64,000 nucleotides of DNA from Octopus vulgaris (Eukaryota). The position numbers and the translations under genes are program-made. This document shows, piece after piece, positions 28,506-40,496 of the stretch. The notes under the pieces were generated by a model that ran no database searches, was not told the DNA's origin, and was given only the letters and a program-made list of their open reading frames with translations. The stretch lies in contig OX597835.1 of NCBI GenBank assembly GCA_951406725.2, positions 46,252,001 through 46,316,000 of the forward strand, in the 5' to 3' direction. Positions within the stretch are counted from its first letter, which is position 1. Each line of letters begins with the position of its first letter.

Positions 28506-28547
28506 TGGCTGATGAGGCGATAGCCTCTCCGAAATGCATGCGTCCCA
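28506..28547 (+). ncRNA. Hammerhead ribozyme motif, partly decayed
   Basis: TGG-CTGATGA-GGC-GATA-GCC-TCTCC-GAAA-TG-CATG-CG-TC-CCA; upstream (~28230) frame YRSSTSLNKYLIHT resembles a PLE linker. Confidence 0.7.
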
Positions 28548-29230
28548 GTCAGGCCAAATATAGTTGTAAGCTGACTCACAACTACACCCATTTGTTAACA
28601 CCAAGAAATTTTCTCCGTGATAAAACACACTGAATACCTTTCTAACGGGTTCAAATATGCCTCAAACAACAGATTTGAAGTGGAAACAAGTTTGTATTTA
28701 TATATATCAATGATTAATTGTCACCCCTCATCTATAAAGTATACAGACAATTGATAGGCCAATTAGTACAATATTTGTCATGGAATAACATCTCTCATAG
28801 ACATGCTGTGTTGAATATATAATAAATATTAGAAAGAGGGACAATAATACATACGATAGTTATTTTAATTAAACAGTGTCTTAATAGCGCTAATCGAATG
28901 CTTTAAATCAGCTGGGCGACTATTCACAAAGTCCACAAATGTTTTGTTCACATTTTTAATATATCTGAGACGACAAATTCTTGTCCAAGCATGTAACTGG
29001 CGTCAAGCAAACGCCGTTGAATAGTCCACAGAGGACAGGAATATATTTGGTTCTGAGACGAATTTGGTATTCTCTTTCGAGTTTATTGTGATTTAGCATA
29101 GCCGGTCCATAAAAGATGATATCAAAGAAAACATACTGCAGTTAATGGCATATCGACAGCGTGCATACTTAAGTACGATGCATGGATGTCTATTTTAAAT
29201 ACTGCTTATTTTGCCTATACTGGACATATA

Positions 29231-29295
<65 letters not shown>

Positions 29296-29317
29296 TGATA
29301 GATACATACAACATACA

Positions 29318-29396
<79 letters not shown>

Positions 29397-29398
<2 letters not shown>

Positions 29399-29642
29399 AG
29401 GCGCGTGGCTTAGAGATTGGGGTGCCAGCATCATGATCGTAAGATTGTGGTTTCGATTCCTGGACCGCGTGGCACGTTGTGTTCTTGAGCAAAACACTTC
29501 ATTCCATGTTGCGCCAGTCCACTCAGCTGGTAAAAATGAGTAACGCTGCAATGGACTGGCGTCCCGTCCAGCTGGGGAACACATACGCCATTGAAATCGG
29601 GAAACCGGACCCATGAGCCTAGCTAGGCTTTAATAGGGCGCA
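29397..29642 (+). mobile_element. tRNA-derived SINE family C
   Basis: GGCGCGTGGCTTAG (A-box), GTTTCGATTCC (B-box), body CTTGAGCAAAACACTT...ATGGACTGGCGTCCCGTCCAG. Confidence 0.85.
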
Positions 29643-29647
29643 TCATA

Positions 29648-30448
29648 CAGGTTGTGATGGGTAAATTGTCGCCATTTTATATATTTAATTTCGTGCATGC
29701 CCATCGTTAGTTTTTGATTTTGTCTACTACATAGTATAGTAGCGTCAGTTGGACACCCTCTGTGAGAGAAGCAGCACCATGACGCAATTCACTCTACTAG
29801 AAATTTGGAAACGGCGAGCTTAACTGCTGGACATCCGCGCCAGAAGCTCCAATACGAATATTTCGGGGTGTTTGGATGTCAATCTGAGGACATGTACCAA
29901 GAGTGCTATGATCACTAGTGATGGCGACGTTATGCCTCCATTCATCCTCCCACACAGATCCACACTCATCACAGAGGCCTACATCACGTGACTGGGAGGG
30001 GGGTAGTGTTGTCCTGGGTCAAGATGGCGGCTGCTGGGAGACCTTATGTCTAGCAACAAGGACTCCGCACCATTCCACACAAACAGGAGAGTCCAATCAC
30101 CCCTAACAACTGGCTATCTAACTCCCCAGATTGCAACCCCCATTGCGAGGGGTGCAGTTGAGCGAGAGACCAACAAAACTCTTTGTAACTTCAAAGATGT
30201 ACTGCAAGCAAGGATTCTGGCAGCATTCACCAAAATAAAACAAGGACATCGTCCAGACGAGTTGCACGAGATTTGGAAGTCGTCTGGCTGGTGTGGGTGA
30301 AGCCAATGGCGATTTTATTGAATAAATTTACTCTTTAGTTTTTTCAAGATATTTTTATGTAATTTTGGTAAATATATCTGTTAAAATGAGAAGCCAGTGA
30401 TATTTCTATTTTGCGTATTTTAGGCGAGAGTTTATTCACCGCACCGTG
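29648..30448 (+). mobile_element. Internally deleted Tc1/mariner-superfamily DNA transposon
   Basis: Imperfect ~26-bp TIRs (CAGGTTGTGATGGGTAAATTGTCGCC / CACGGTGCGGTGAATAAACTCTCGCC), TA at both ends, remnant motifs DSAPFHT and NSPDCNP. Confidence 0.85.
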
Positions 30449-30463
30449 TACATATATATGTGT

Positions 30464-30521
<58 letters not shown>

Positions 30522-30868
30522 GTGTGCGTGGGCCTGCGTGCGTGTATTTGTGTGTCTGTGTCTCTGTGTATGTATGTATGTATGTATAAAGAATTTAAGA
30601 AGCGGTAGGCATTCAATGTTTATAGGATCTCACTGCAATCCCCGTCCGGATAAGTTTTTTATATATTGGGAAGCAAGATATTTCATAGAGATCTAAAACT
30701 ATGAAATAGTGGGATGGGAAGGACTAAGGTATGGTGCCCTAGTTGATCATGAGACACAACATGGTCAGGAAAGAGTCATTCGACATACAGAAAAACAGTG
30801 ATATTAAAAACAGATTCTCATAACAACGAAATCAAATAAGACATTTCCTCACATTCATATATATATAT

Positions 30869-30950
<82 letters not shown>

Positions 30951-31013
30951 TACATATAATTATATGATTATACGAGTGTATACATGTATAATATGTATTA
31001 ATCTATCTATCTA

Positions 31014-31049
<36 letters not shown>

Positions 31050-31075
31050 CATGCATAAGCTTATATATATATATT

Positions 31076-31148
<73 letters not shown>

Positions 31149-31770
31149 ATGTATGCATGTATGTATGTATGTATGTATGTATGTATGTATGTATGTATGT
31201 ATGTATGTATGTATGTATGTATGTATGTATGCAAGTATTTATACATATAGCCCGGCCTGACATTTCGAATACAAATACACAATTTCAGTTCACATTAATT
31301 GAAATAGAAAGATTGATAGCTGTAGGCTATATTGTATGAAACGTTGGAGGCTGTTGAACGTTGATAAATAATTTTCGTATTTTGGGACCGTCTAATAGTC
31401 TGGAACAAATTATCGAATTATAATTTGACAGCTTATAAAGAAAACATCTCGGTGCTAGACGGAATATTTATGCAATTTAAGCATACGATTTGGCAGTTTT
31501 AGATTTAAAGAGAAAAAAACTAACGGCTTGAGTATTAATGGTGTTGGTTATGTATGTGAGAGTTGATACTAGTTTACAAGTTTATATTTTTCCTTACAAA
31601 TATATGTGTTAAAGGACATATGTCTGTATATGCTTGAGCATGGAAAAATGTATGTACATTTATATATATATATATATTTATAAAGATATGAGGGTTCTAG
31701 TTCACTGGTGATTTAAACAATATATATACACGTATGCATATATAAATACATACAAATATACATATATAAA

Positions 31771-31824
<54 letters not shown>

Positions 31825-31829
31825 CATAT

Positions 31830-31888
<59 letters not shown>

Positions 31889-33011
31889 AATATATATATA
31901 TATGCATATATATATATATGTATGTATATATAAATACATACAAATATACATATATATATATATATATATATGATCAAGGGAGTGACGAGCGGAGTGACTG
32001 GGAAATATTAAGATGAATGTGTGTACATGTGTGTGTGTGGGCCTGCGTACGGGTGTGTGTGTATATTATGTGGTAGCTGCTCCCGTTGCTCCGTTCGACG
32101 TCCCAACTGAACAGAATGTGTGCTTTAGGCGGAGTCGAAACTGTTGAAGTATTGACACTACGTTTTAAATTTGAAAATACCTTCCTTCCATCTTTCCTTC
32201 TTCCCTCCTTTGCATTAGTATTTATGGATCCTGCAACGAGTCATAAGCACAGCCTTCTCCCCTCCTGATGGAAAAGTGAGTGAAAAAATCCCCAAAAGTC
32301 ACGTTTTCAATGTTCCAAACCTTTATCAAACTTACAAATATAATGGAACCAGACAGCCACATATTTTAACCATATCAGGCTTCGACTGCGGACATCTGTC
32401 TCTCTCACACACCACCCACGCACACACGCACATGGTTATATCTCTCGGTCACTCTCGTGATCACCTTTTCTTTCTGGTTGTATACATACACACATACATA
32501 CTTACGTACATACATACATACATGCATACATACATACATACATACATACATACATACATACATACATACATGCATACATACATACATACATACGTACGTA
32601 CGTACATACATACATACATACATACATACATACATACATACATACATACATACATACATACATACATACATACATACATACATACATACATACATACATG
32701 TATGACACATATATTTCAAGTAACCTAAATTTTGCCCATACCTAAACATTGCTTTGCGCCTATGCTCCATTAATTTCATCGGGCGATCTACTAGTGCAAA
32801 TCAGTCAACGTCTGAATTATATATAAAGCAATAGCTTTATTAAATTCGATCAGAGTTGCGTCACTTAGGTACATGCTTTGACAAGAGTCAAGAAACTCAA
32901 AACATCGATGTCTGAGATCCTCGAGAGATGGAATCACTGAGCGAATTGGGTGTTTTCACACCGGTTTTCTCACCGGTTGACTTCAGTGTATATATATATA
33001 TATACATACAT

Positions 33012-33082
<71 letters not shown>

Positions 33083-33205
33083 TGAAGTAAACCAGGCAGT
33101 AGTATTTTGGGGTGGATAACTGAAGAAGTATTAGGGTTCTAGTGTCTGTCTTACGCGTGGATTTTCATATATATGTATATGTATGTGCGTGTGTGTGTGT
33201 GTGCG

Positions 33206-33287
<82 letters not shown>

Positions 33288-33379
33288 TATATATGTACAT
33301 ATAGTTTATATTTTAGATACATGTGTTCTTTAGATATAGATACACTTCGAAATGCTCAAGCTAAGATTTTGGGCCGTTA

Positions 33380-33835
33380 GTTACGTAAAACAACGAGAGC
33401 AAAGTCGGTAAATCTATTTGAATATAAAGATACATTAAATCGCAAAGAAAAATGTAAATGATTGCGGATATTAAGAATACATAGTTCAACTTACAAAACA
33501 AGAATGATATCACGAATCAGATAGGTAAAATTTGAAAAGTCCTACGGCCGTTTCAGCGGTTTGGTGGTCCCTAACCCTAATTTGACAGATATTAGGGTCC
33601 GTTATTGGATGACCTTGCTTTCTTCTTCAGGGGAAAAAATTTGCATTAAAATTTTACATCTGAAATGTTGGCATGATGGACTTTTAAAGCTCGACCTATC
33701 ATATTTGTAATATCATTTTTTTCTGCAAGCTTAACTATATATTCTTAATATCCACACACATTTACGTTTTCCTTTTCGATTGGTTGTATCTTTATTTATG
33801 TCTAAATAGACGTACCTAGTTTGTTTGTTACTTTA
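33380..33835 (-). mobile_element. Fold-back element with ~160-bp diverged arms enclosing a hammerhead
   Basis: 33380-33542 versus 33678-33835 are diverged reverse complements. Confidence 0.8.
33541..33633 (-). ncRNA. Type I hammerhead ribozyme
   Basis: Minus: CC-CTGAAGA-AG...GGTC...CCCTAAT/ATTAGGG...GACC...CT-GAAA-C-GGCC-G-TA-GG; palindromic GGCC loop; predicted cleavage between 33543 and 33542. Confidence 0.78.
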
Positions 33836-34213
33836 CTTATATATTTACATACATAATTATAGTTATATCTATATATGCATATGTATATTTCTATATATAT
33901 TTATATATGCACATGTATATGTAAGACTATACAGTAACTCTTTGTCTTCTTATTTGAATTATATTTTAGGCTTTGCAAAATCCTCATAACGGATTTACAG
34001 TCGTGAAACCGGAATTTCGATATAAGTCTGAAATCCGGCCTTGTTGATATCTCAAAAGTTGGTTTGAAGGCTTCATGGAAAATATTCTACCTTTATACCG
34101 TACCGGAACACCAAACACTCCAATGTATTCTTTACGCGAAACCGACTGGTAAGATCTGCCATGATGGATATTTAATACATTTCGGATTACATGTGTCCGC
34201 GAGTGTGTGTGTG

Positions 34214-34306
<93 letters not shown>

Positions 34307-34865
34307 AAATATGTAAATATACATGCGAAAATGAACTAAATAAATTCCCCCTACAAACATCAGCTCCTTTATACGAAATAATTTCGAAATCCCTTTACGA
34401 AAGACTTCAAGCTCGTTATCATCAGGTCAGTAAAATAGACACACACACACAGGGGTGTATGTACGCATTCCTGACAGTATCACACGCAAGTAAATGCCAG
34501 TTGATGCCAATTATTGTCTAAACAGTTGAAACATAGAGATTAAAATTCAGCATGTAGATAAATATACGCACGCACACTCATACATACACACATACACACA
34601 TGTAAATCTGAGTGTGTCTGCATATAAATATATATGCATATTCATATGCGCGTGTGTCTGGGTGTTAGTGTGTCTGTGTATGTGTATGATTAAGGGAAAA
34701 ATATAACTTACACCACTTTAGCTGACGAGTCATGTGTTGGCAAAACTTCAAGTTTCTGATTTGATTATATAACTTTTAGATATATTGAAACTATGAATGA
34801 TATGTATGATATGTAATTACATGTAAGATTATGTGTTCATGTGTGTGCTTAGATACCGGGATAGG

Positions 34866-35243
<378 letters not shown>

Positions 35244-35605
35244 GGTGTGATTATGTACACAGTCGAGTGTTTGGTCTCGTGCCATTCGGAAATATATCAA
35301 ATTTTCCGTTTCGTGCTGTGTTACTATATCTGTTTGAATTTCTATTGACCTTCTATTCATCATGTACAAATGTAAGCATAAACATGTCTACGACTATATT
35401 TTCTGTGTGAATTTTTTGGTGTGTTTGTGTGTGTGTGTGTGTGTATGTGTGTGTGTTCGTGTTTTCGTATGTGCGTGAGTGTTTGTGTACATCGGCACGT
35501 GCTCGCAGCAACATACAAGATACTGTCTCTGAGCATGTGAAAGAAGTGCGTGTGTTTGTGTATTGTGCGGACCTCCACACACAGACACACAGACACACAC
35601 AAATA

Positions 35606-35654
<49 letters not shown>

Positions 35655-35697
35655 GGGGGAAGGTATGCATGTGTGTATACATACATACATTTATATT

Positions 35698-35802
35698 TTA
35701 CGATTATTAAAGCTAATCAAGTTCTTTATTTCAAACCAAACTAAGTAATATCGACGTCAAATTTGGGCGAAATCCGTTGAAATTGGTTATATTATATGTA
35801 TG

Positions 35803-35888
<86 letters not shown>

Positions 35889-36536
35889 ATATATATTATA
35901 TATATATATATGTTATATATATTATAGATATATAATATAATATAAATATATAATATAATATAAATATGTATGGGCAACAGATACGAACACACATACACAA
36001 ACGTACGTACGTACACCTATTGCATGTTTTGTGTATGCATACATGTTCATAAAAGAAAGGAATGGAAAAATGTTAAATTTGTAGATTAACACTCACACGA
36101 TTTTCACTACTAAAAAAAATCGATTTTTTTTGTGTGGAATCAACTACTCTGGCATCCTAATACGCTACAAAACCCTTTTTGTGGTCCGTGAAACGGAGTG
36201 AGGTGTGGTGAAAGCCTCGCAAATTGTACCCATTTATATTGTGTAATTCACTGATAAATTGTTATAACCGCTTTGTTTCTTTGTTGTTAGATAAATGGAT
36301 TCTCAACAAAACACTTTTTTACTCGGCGAAAAATAAAAACAAAAGTCTTTCGCACCCAAAAGTAACGTGCGTGAGAGAGAGAGGGGGAGAAGGATGAATG
36401 ATTTAAAATAAATAAATGATTTAAAATAAATATATTGTAATTGTTGTTTGAGAAAGTATATATACTATGATTATATAATATAGTGTCTTTCAAAAAACAA
36501 AACATTTTACATTTTATTTTTATGAACGTCGCCATT

Positions 36537-36586
<50 letters not shown>

Positions 36587-36880
36587 TTGTCTTTCCCGTG
36601 AAACTCTCTGCCCCCTATTTCCACATTTCGTTATCTTTTTTTTTTTTGTTAGACGCCGTCAAAAATCTATGGCTGATATTTTTTATGGCTAAAAGCTATG
36701 GTTGAAAATAGAATTTTAGCGCTATCCGCGGGTGCCTCCGGAAAAAAATAAGTTGATAAAACCCAGGCACGGCGTTGACGAATGTCCTCCTAAAACTGGA
36801 GCGACATGCGTACTAATTTGTGGATGTGCATAAATTAAAATCACGTACATACACACACACACACATGCCTTTTATAGATA

Positions 36881-36883
<3 letters not shown>
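35698..36883 (-). mobile_element. Non-autonomous Helitron-like element, 5' end retained, 3' end lost
   Basis: Minus start A|TCATATCTATAAAAGG; body homologous (inverted) to 46980-47521, which carries the Helitron 3' signature. Confidence 0.7.
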
Positions 36884-36920
<37 letters not shown>

Positions 36921-36923
<3 letters not shown>

Positions 36924-37204
36924 TAAATTTTAGGGTAGCAAAAAAATTCTAGAAAAGTTCTCCGCTACCAGTGGTCTAGCGAGAAGGAAAAATAGTCAAT
37001 AGACTATATAATATAGATTTAAACACATAAGAGATGGCCATAATAGGACATCTGACTCACTAGAAAGAGCAGTTAAACTCCAAACCACTAATAGTTATAA
37101 TTCTGAAATTCCATTTCAGAATTACAACTATTAGTGATTTGGAGTTTAACTGCCCTTTCTAGTGAGTCAGGTGTCCTATTATGGCCATCTCTTATGTGTT
37201 TTAA

Positions 37205-37206
<2 letters not shown>
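36921..37206. repeat. Fold-back (about 92-bp arms, 3-nt loop) plus one-sided extension inside (TA)n
   Basis: 37017-37109 versus 37113-37206 are near-perfect reverse complements, loop TCC. Confidence 0.9.
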
Positions 37207-37283
<77 letters not shown>

Positions 37284-37605
37284 GCATATAGGTATGTACG
37301 TATGTATACATCTATGTATGTATATAATGCATAGGTATACAAATACAGCTCACTTGCACACACATATAAATGTTCGATCTGTATATTTGTTTGCATGTGT
37401 GTGCGTATACATACACAAACACACATCGCTGTTGATTTTATTGCTTTTATATTGTAATCATATGTTTTTATTTTGACGTTTATTTATTTATTTATATCAA
37501 TCTCCCCCAAAATTCTAATGAAATTCTTCGCAATCATGAAGCAATGCCAAGTGTGCAGTACTGAAAACATTTCATATCCAAACTTAGAAGTTATTATTCT
37601 AAAAC

Positions 37606-37657
<52 letters not shown>

Positions 37658-37831
37658 GGTGGTGGTGGTGGTTGTTGTTGTTGTTGCTGTTGTTGTAGCA
37701 GCAGCAACGACAGTTGCTCAGAGTGGGTCAGCTCCGATCGAACAGACCAACGGTCATAGGTCATAACTTGTCTTATTGTTTGTTTGTTTTCTTTTACTTC
37801 CTCTGTCACAGCCTACCGTGGAATACATTAA

Positions 37832-38066
37832 CCTATTTCTTTATTACCCACAAGGGGCTAAACATAGAGGGGACAAACAAGGACAGACATATGGTATTAA
37901 GTCGATGATATCGACCTCAGTGCGTAACTGGTACTTAATTTATCGACCCCGAAAGGATGAAAGGCAAAGTCGACTTCGGCGGAATTTGAACTCACAACGT
38001 AACGACAGACGAAATACGGCTACGCATTTCGCCCGGCGTGCTAACGTTTCTGCCAGCTCGCCAGCT
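37832..38066 (-). mobile_element. Full-length SINE family B with apparent TSD
   Basis: Head GAGCTGGCAGAAACGTTAG..GAGTTCAAATTCC, tail CCCCTTGTGGGTAATAAAGAAATA; CGTGGAATACATTAACC occurs on both sides (~37817 and ~38067). Confidence 0.92.
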
Positions 38067-38699
38067 CGTGGAATACATTAACCAACATACCAAACCTCTC
38101 TAAAAAAAAATTTGATCACAAATTTTGTAACTCTCTGCTCCTATTTCTAGCACATCGGCCAACACTCGTCACAAAATCTTAGTCATTGGCACGCGTGACA
38201 AATAATCAGAAATCTTTTTATATTTTCCGAGTTTTTCTCTTTTTCTTTTTATGTTTCATAGAAATGAATTTGTTTGTATTCTTTTGTTATTTTGTGTTTT
38301 GTATTTCAACTTTATTTGTTTCTCGCCAGGCATACAGCCATATTATGTTGTGTACATGACTTGAATCAGCTTAGCGTGTTGTGAGCGATAGAACATAGAA
38401 GATTGGCAATGACGGTGCCGGAAATTGAATCAAAGTTTTTGTGCCAACTGTTAAATATTACTGAGTACAGGGAGCGAGAGAGAGAACCCCGCCATGTTTA
38501 ACGAGGCAATTGTTGTGGAGTTAGTAAAGTTGGGCTCCTGGAAATCGTGACTCTGTGTAGTAAATGTTTTATCGTTGGTTGTCTGCAACCAGCGTCATGG
38601 TTTGCTCCGTCCACAGCGTGCGTTTGCCGTTGAGACCTTCGCCCGTTTGGAAAATGTGTGAGGTATTGTGCTACACGTTGTTGTTGTTGTTATTGTTGT

Positions 38700-39275
38700 T
38701 GTAGGTGGTGGCGTCAGCGACATCGACTGCGGTGACATCGGTGGTGGCGATGGCGGGTGTGGCGGTGATGGCTGTTCTATGTTCTATGGTTACGGTGGCG
38801 GCGGTGGTGGTTGCGACGCCCTCGGTCGTGGTGGCGGCTACTGTGGCGGTGGTGGTGGTGGTGGTGGTGATGGAAGAGGAGGAGGAGGAGGAGGAGGAGG
38901 CGGCGGCGATGGTGGTTGCGACGCCGTCGGTCGTGGTGGCGGCTGCTGTGGTGGTGGTGGTGGTAGTGGTCGTGATGGAAAGGGAGGAGGAGGCGGCGGC
39001 GATGATGGTTGCGACGCCGTCGGTCGTGGTGGCGGCTGCTGTGGTGGTGGTGGTAGTGGTCGTGATGGAAGAGGAGGAGGAAGAAGAGGCGGCGGCGATG
39101 GTGGTTGCGACGCCGTAAGTCGTGGTGGCGGCTGCTGTGGTGGTGGCGGTGGTGGTAGAGGAGGCGGACGAGGTGGTATTGGTGCTGTTGTTGGGGGTGG
39201 TGGTGGTGGTGGTGGTGGTGGAAGAGGAGGAGGAGGAGGCGATGGTGGTAACATTCCTGGTGGTGGTAATGGTCA
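38700..39275. repeat. GC-rich compound minisatellite (four ~90-110 bp units built of GGT/GGA/GGC triplets)
   Basis: GGTTGCGACGCCGTCGGTCGTGGTGGCGGCTGCTGTGG repeated four times. Confidence 0.88.
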
Positions 39276-39558
39276 CGAGGATGTTGCTGTTGTTGTAACT
39301 GTTTGTGTTTTGCTCGCTGTAAGCTTGACTGATCAAACCTGTAATGAAATGTATTTGCATATTCCTTCTGTACAGCAACGACTACATCGGCCAATGATTC
39401 TCCCTGGTTTAATTAGAATATTATGTTATTTGACAGAATTTCATTGTTACGATACCACGCAAAAACTTCCTCGTAAACTCATATAAAAACTGAACCGTAC
39501 ATTGTTGTACATATTTTAGTGCCTAGTCTCAGATCAGAATCAGATCATGCTAGCATAC

Positions 39559-39620
<62 letters not shown>

Positions 39621-39631
39621 TAATAATAATA

Positions 39632-39842
39632 GTCCTTACTACTATAGGAACCGGGTCTGAAATTTGGGTGGGGGGTCGATTATATCGTCCCCAGGTTTCC
39701 ACTGGTACTTATTTCATCAACCCCGAAAAGTTGAAAGTGCAAAGTGGACCTCGGCGGAACTTGAACTCAGAACGTGAAGACGAAAGAAATGTCGCTGAGT
39801 ATTTTGGCCCGACGTGCTATCGATTCTGCCAACACGCCGTCC
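39632..39842 (-). mobile_element. SINE family B copy next to (TAA)n
   Basis: GGGTCGATTATATCG..ACTGGTACTTATTT..GGAACTTGAACTCAGAACG. Confidence 0.8.
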
Positions 39843-39879
39843 TGAATATTATTAAGGATAAGAAAAAAAAGTTACGTTA

Positions 39880-40380
39880 GTCAGAACTTCCTTCTTACAG
39901 GGTGACATTACCCTACCATTCATATGCAGCACCAATCCTGACACCAAAATTTGGGATAATTAACTGGCTAATAGATGAAACGGGACAGTAAGATCTTAAG
40001 AATCTTGACATCAACTGCAAGCTTTTATAAAAACAGAAATATTGACAGAATCTATCGCAAGAAAGAAAATGGGGGAATGCGGCTAAGGATCAGTGCAGAC
40101 AGCGCTTGAATGTTGTATTATATCGTTCAGATAGCATCTGCTGAGCAACAGCAGAAAATATATCAACCAAGCGCAAAGGAAAGAAGTAAATAAAAATCCT
40201 GTGGACCGGTAGCAAAATCCTTACGGAGTTCTCCCTTCCCGATAACCACCTGTGTATATCTAGAAGAGCTGGACTAGTCTTACTTAGCAAAGAGGTGGAA
40301 GAAAAACACTCTGCTTGCTACGAAATGGTTATGCATGGGCGTGTTCCCGAAAAATTAAAGACGATTATAATATTGGATCA
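39880..40380 (+). pseudogene. Decayed post-RT region of an R4-like LINE
   Basis: Fragments FGIINW, IDRIYRKKENGG and MHGR; frameshifted. Confidence 0.5.
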
Positions 40381-40496
40381 AAATTTGCCATAAGGCCAGC
40401 AATTTTGAGAGGCGAGTGAAGTCGATTACATAGACCCCCGTTACCTACAGGTACTTATTTTATCAACCCCGAAAGGATGAAAGGCAATGTCTACCT

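Noticed and set aside
29397-29470. tRNA gene
   Set aside because: The A/B boxes run into a SINE body; there is no intact cloverleaf or poly-T terminator. The same applies to the family A and B heads.
38668-39486. 272-aa Gly/Cys-rich ORF as a structural protein
   Set aside because: Built from triplet minisatellite units that are open in several frames on both strands, with a GTG start and no exon evidence.
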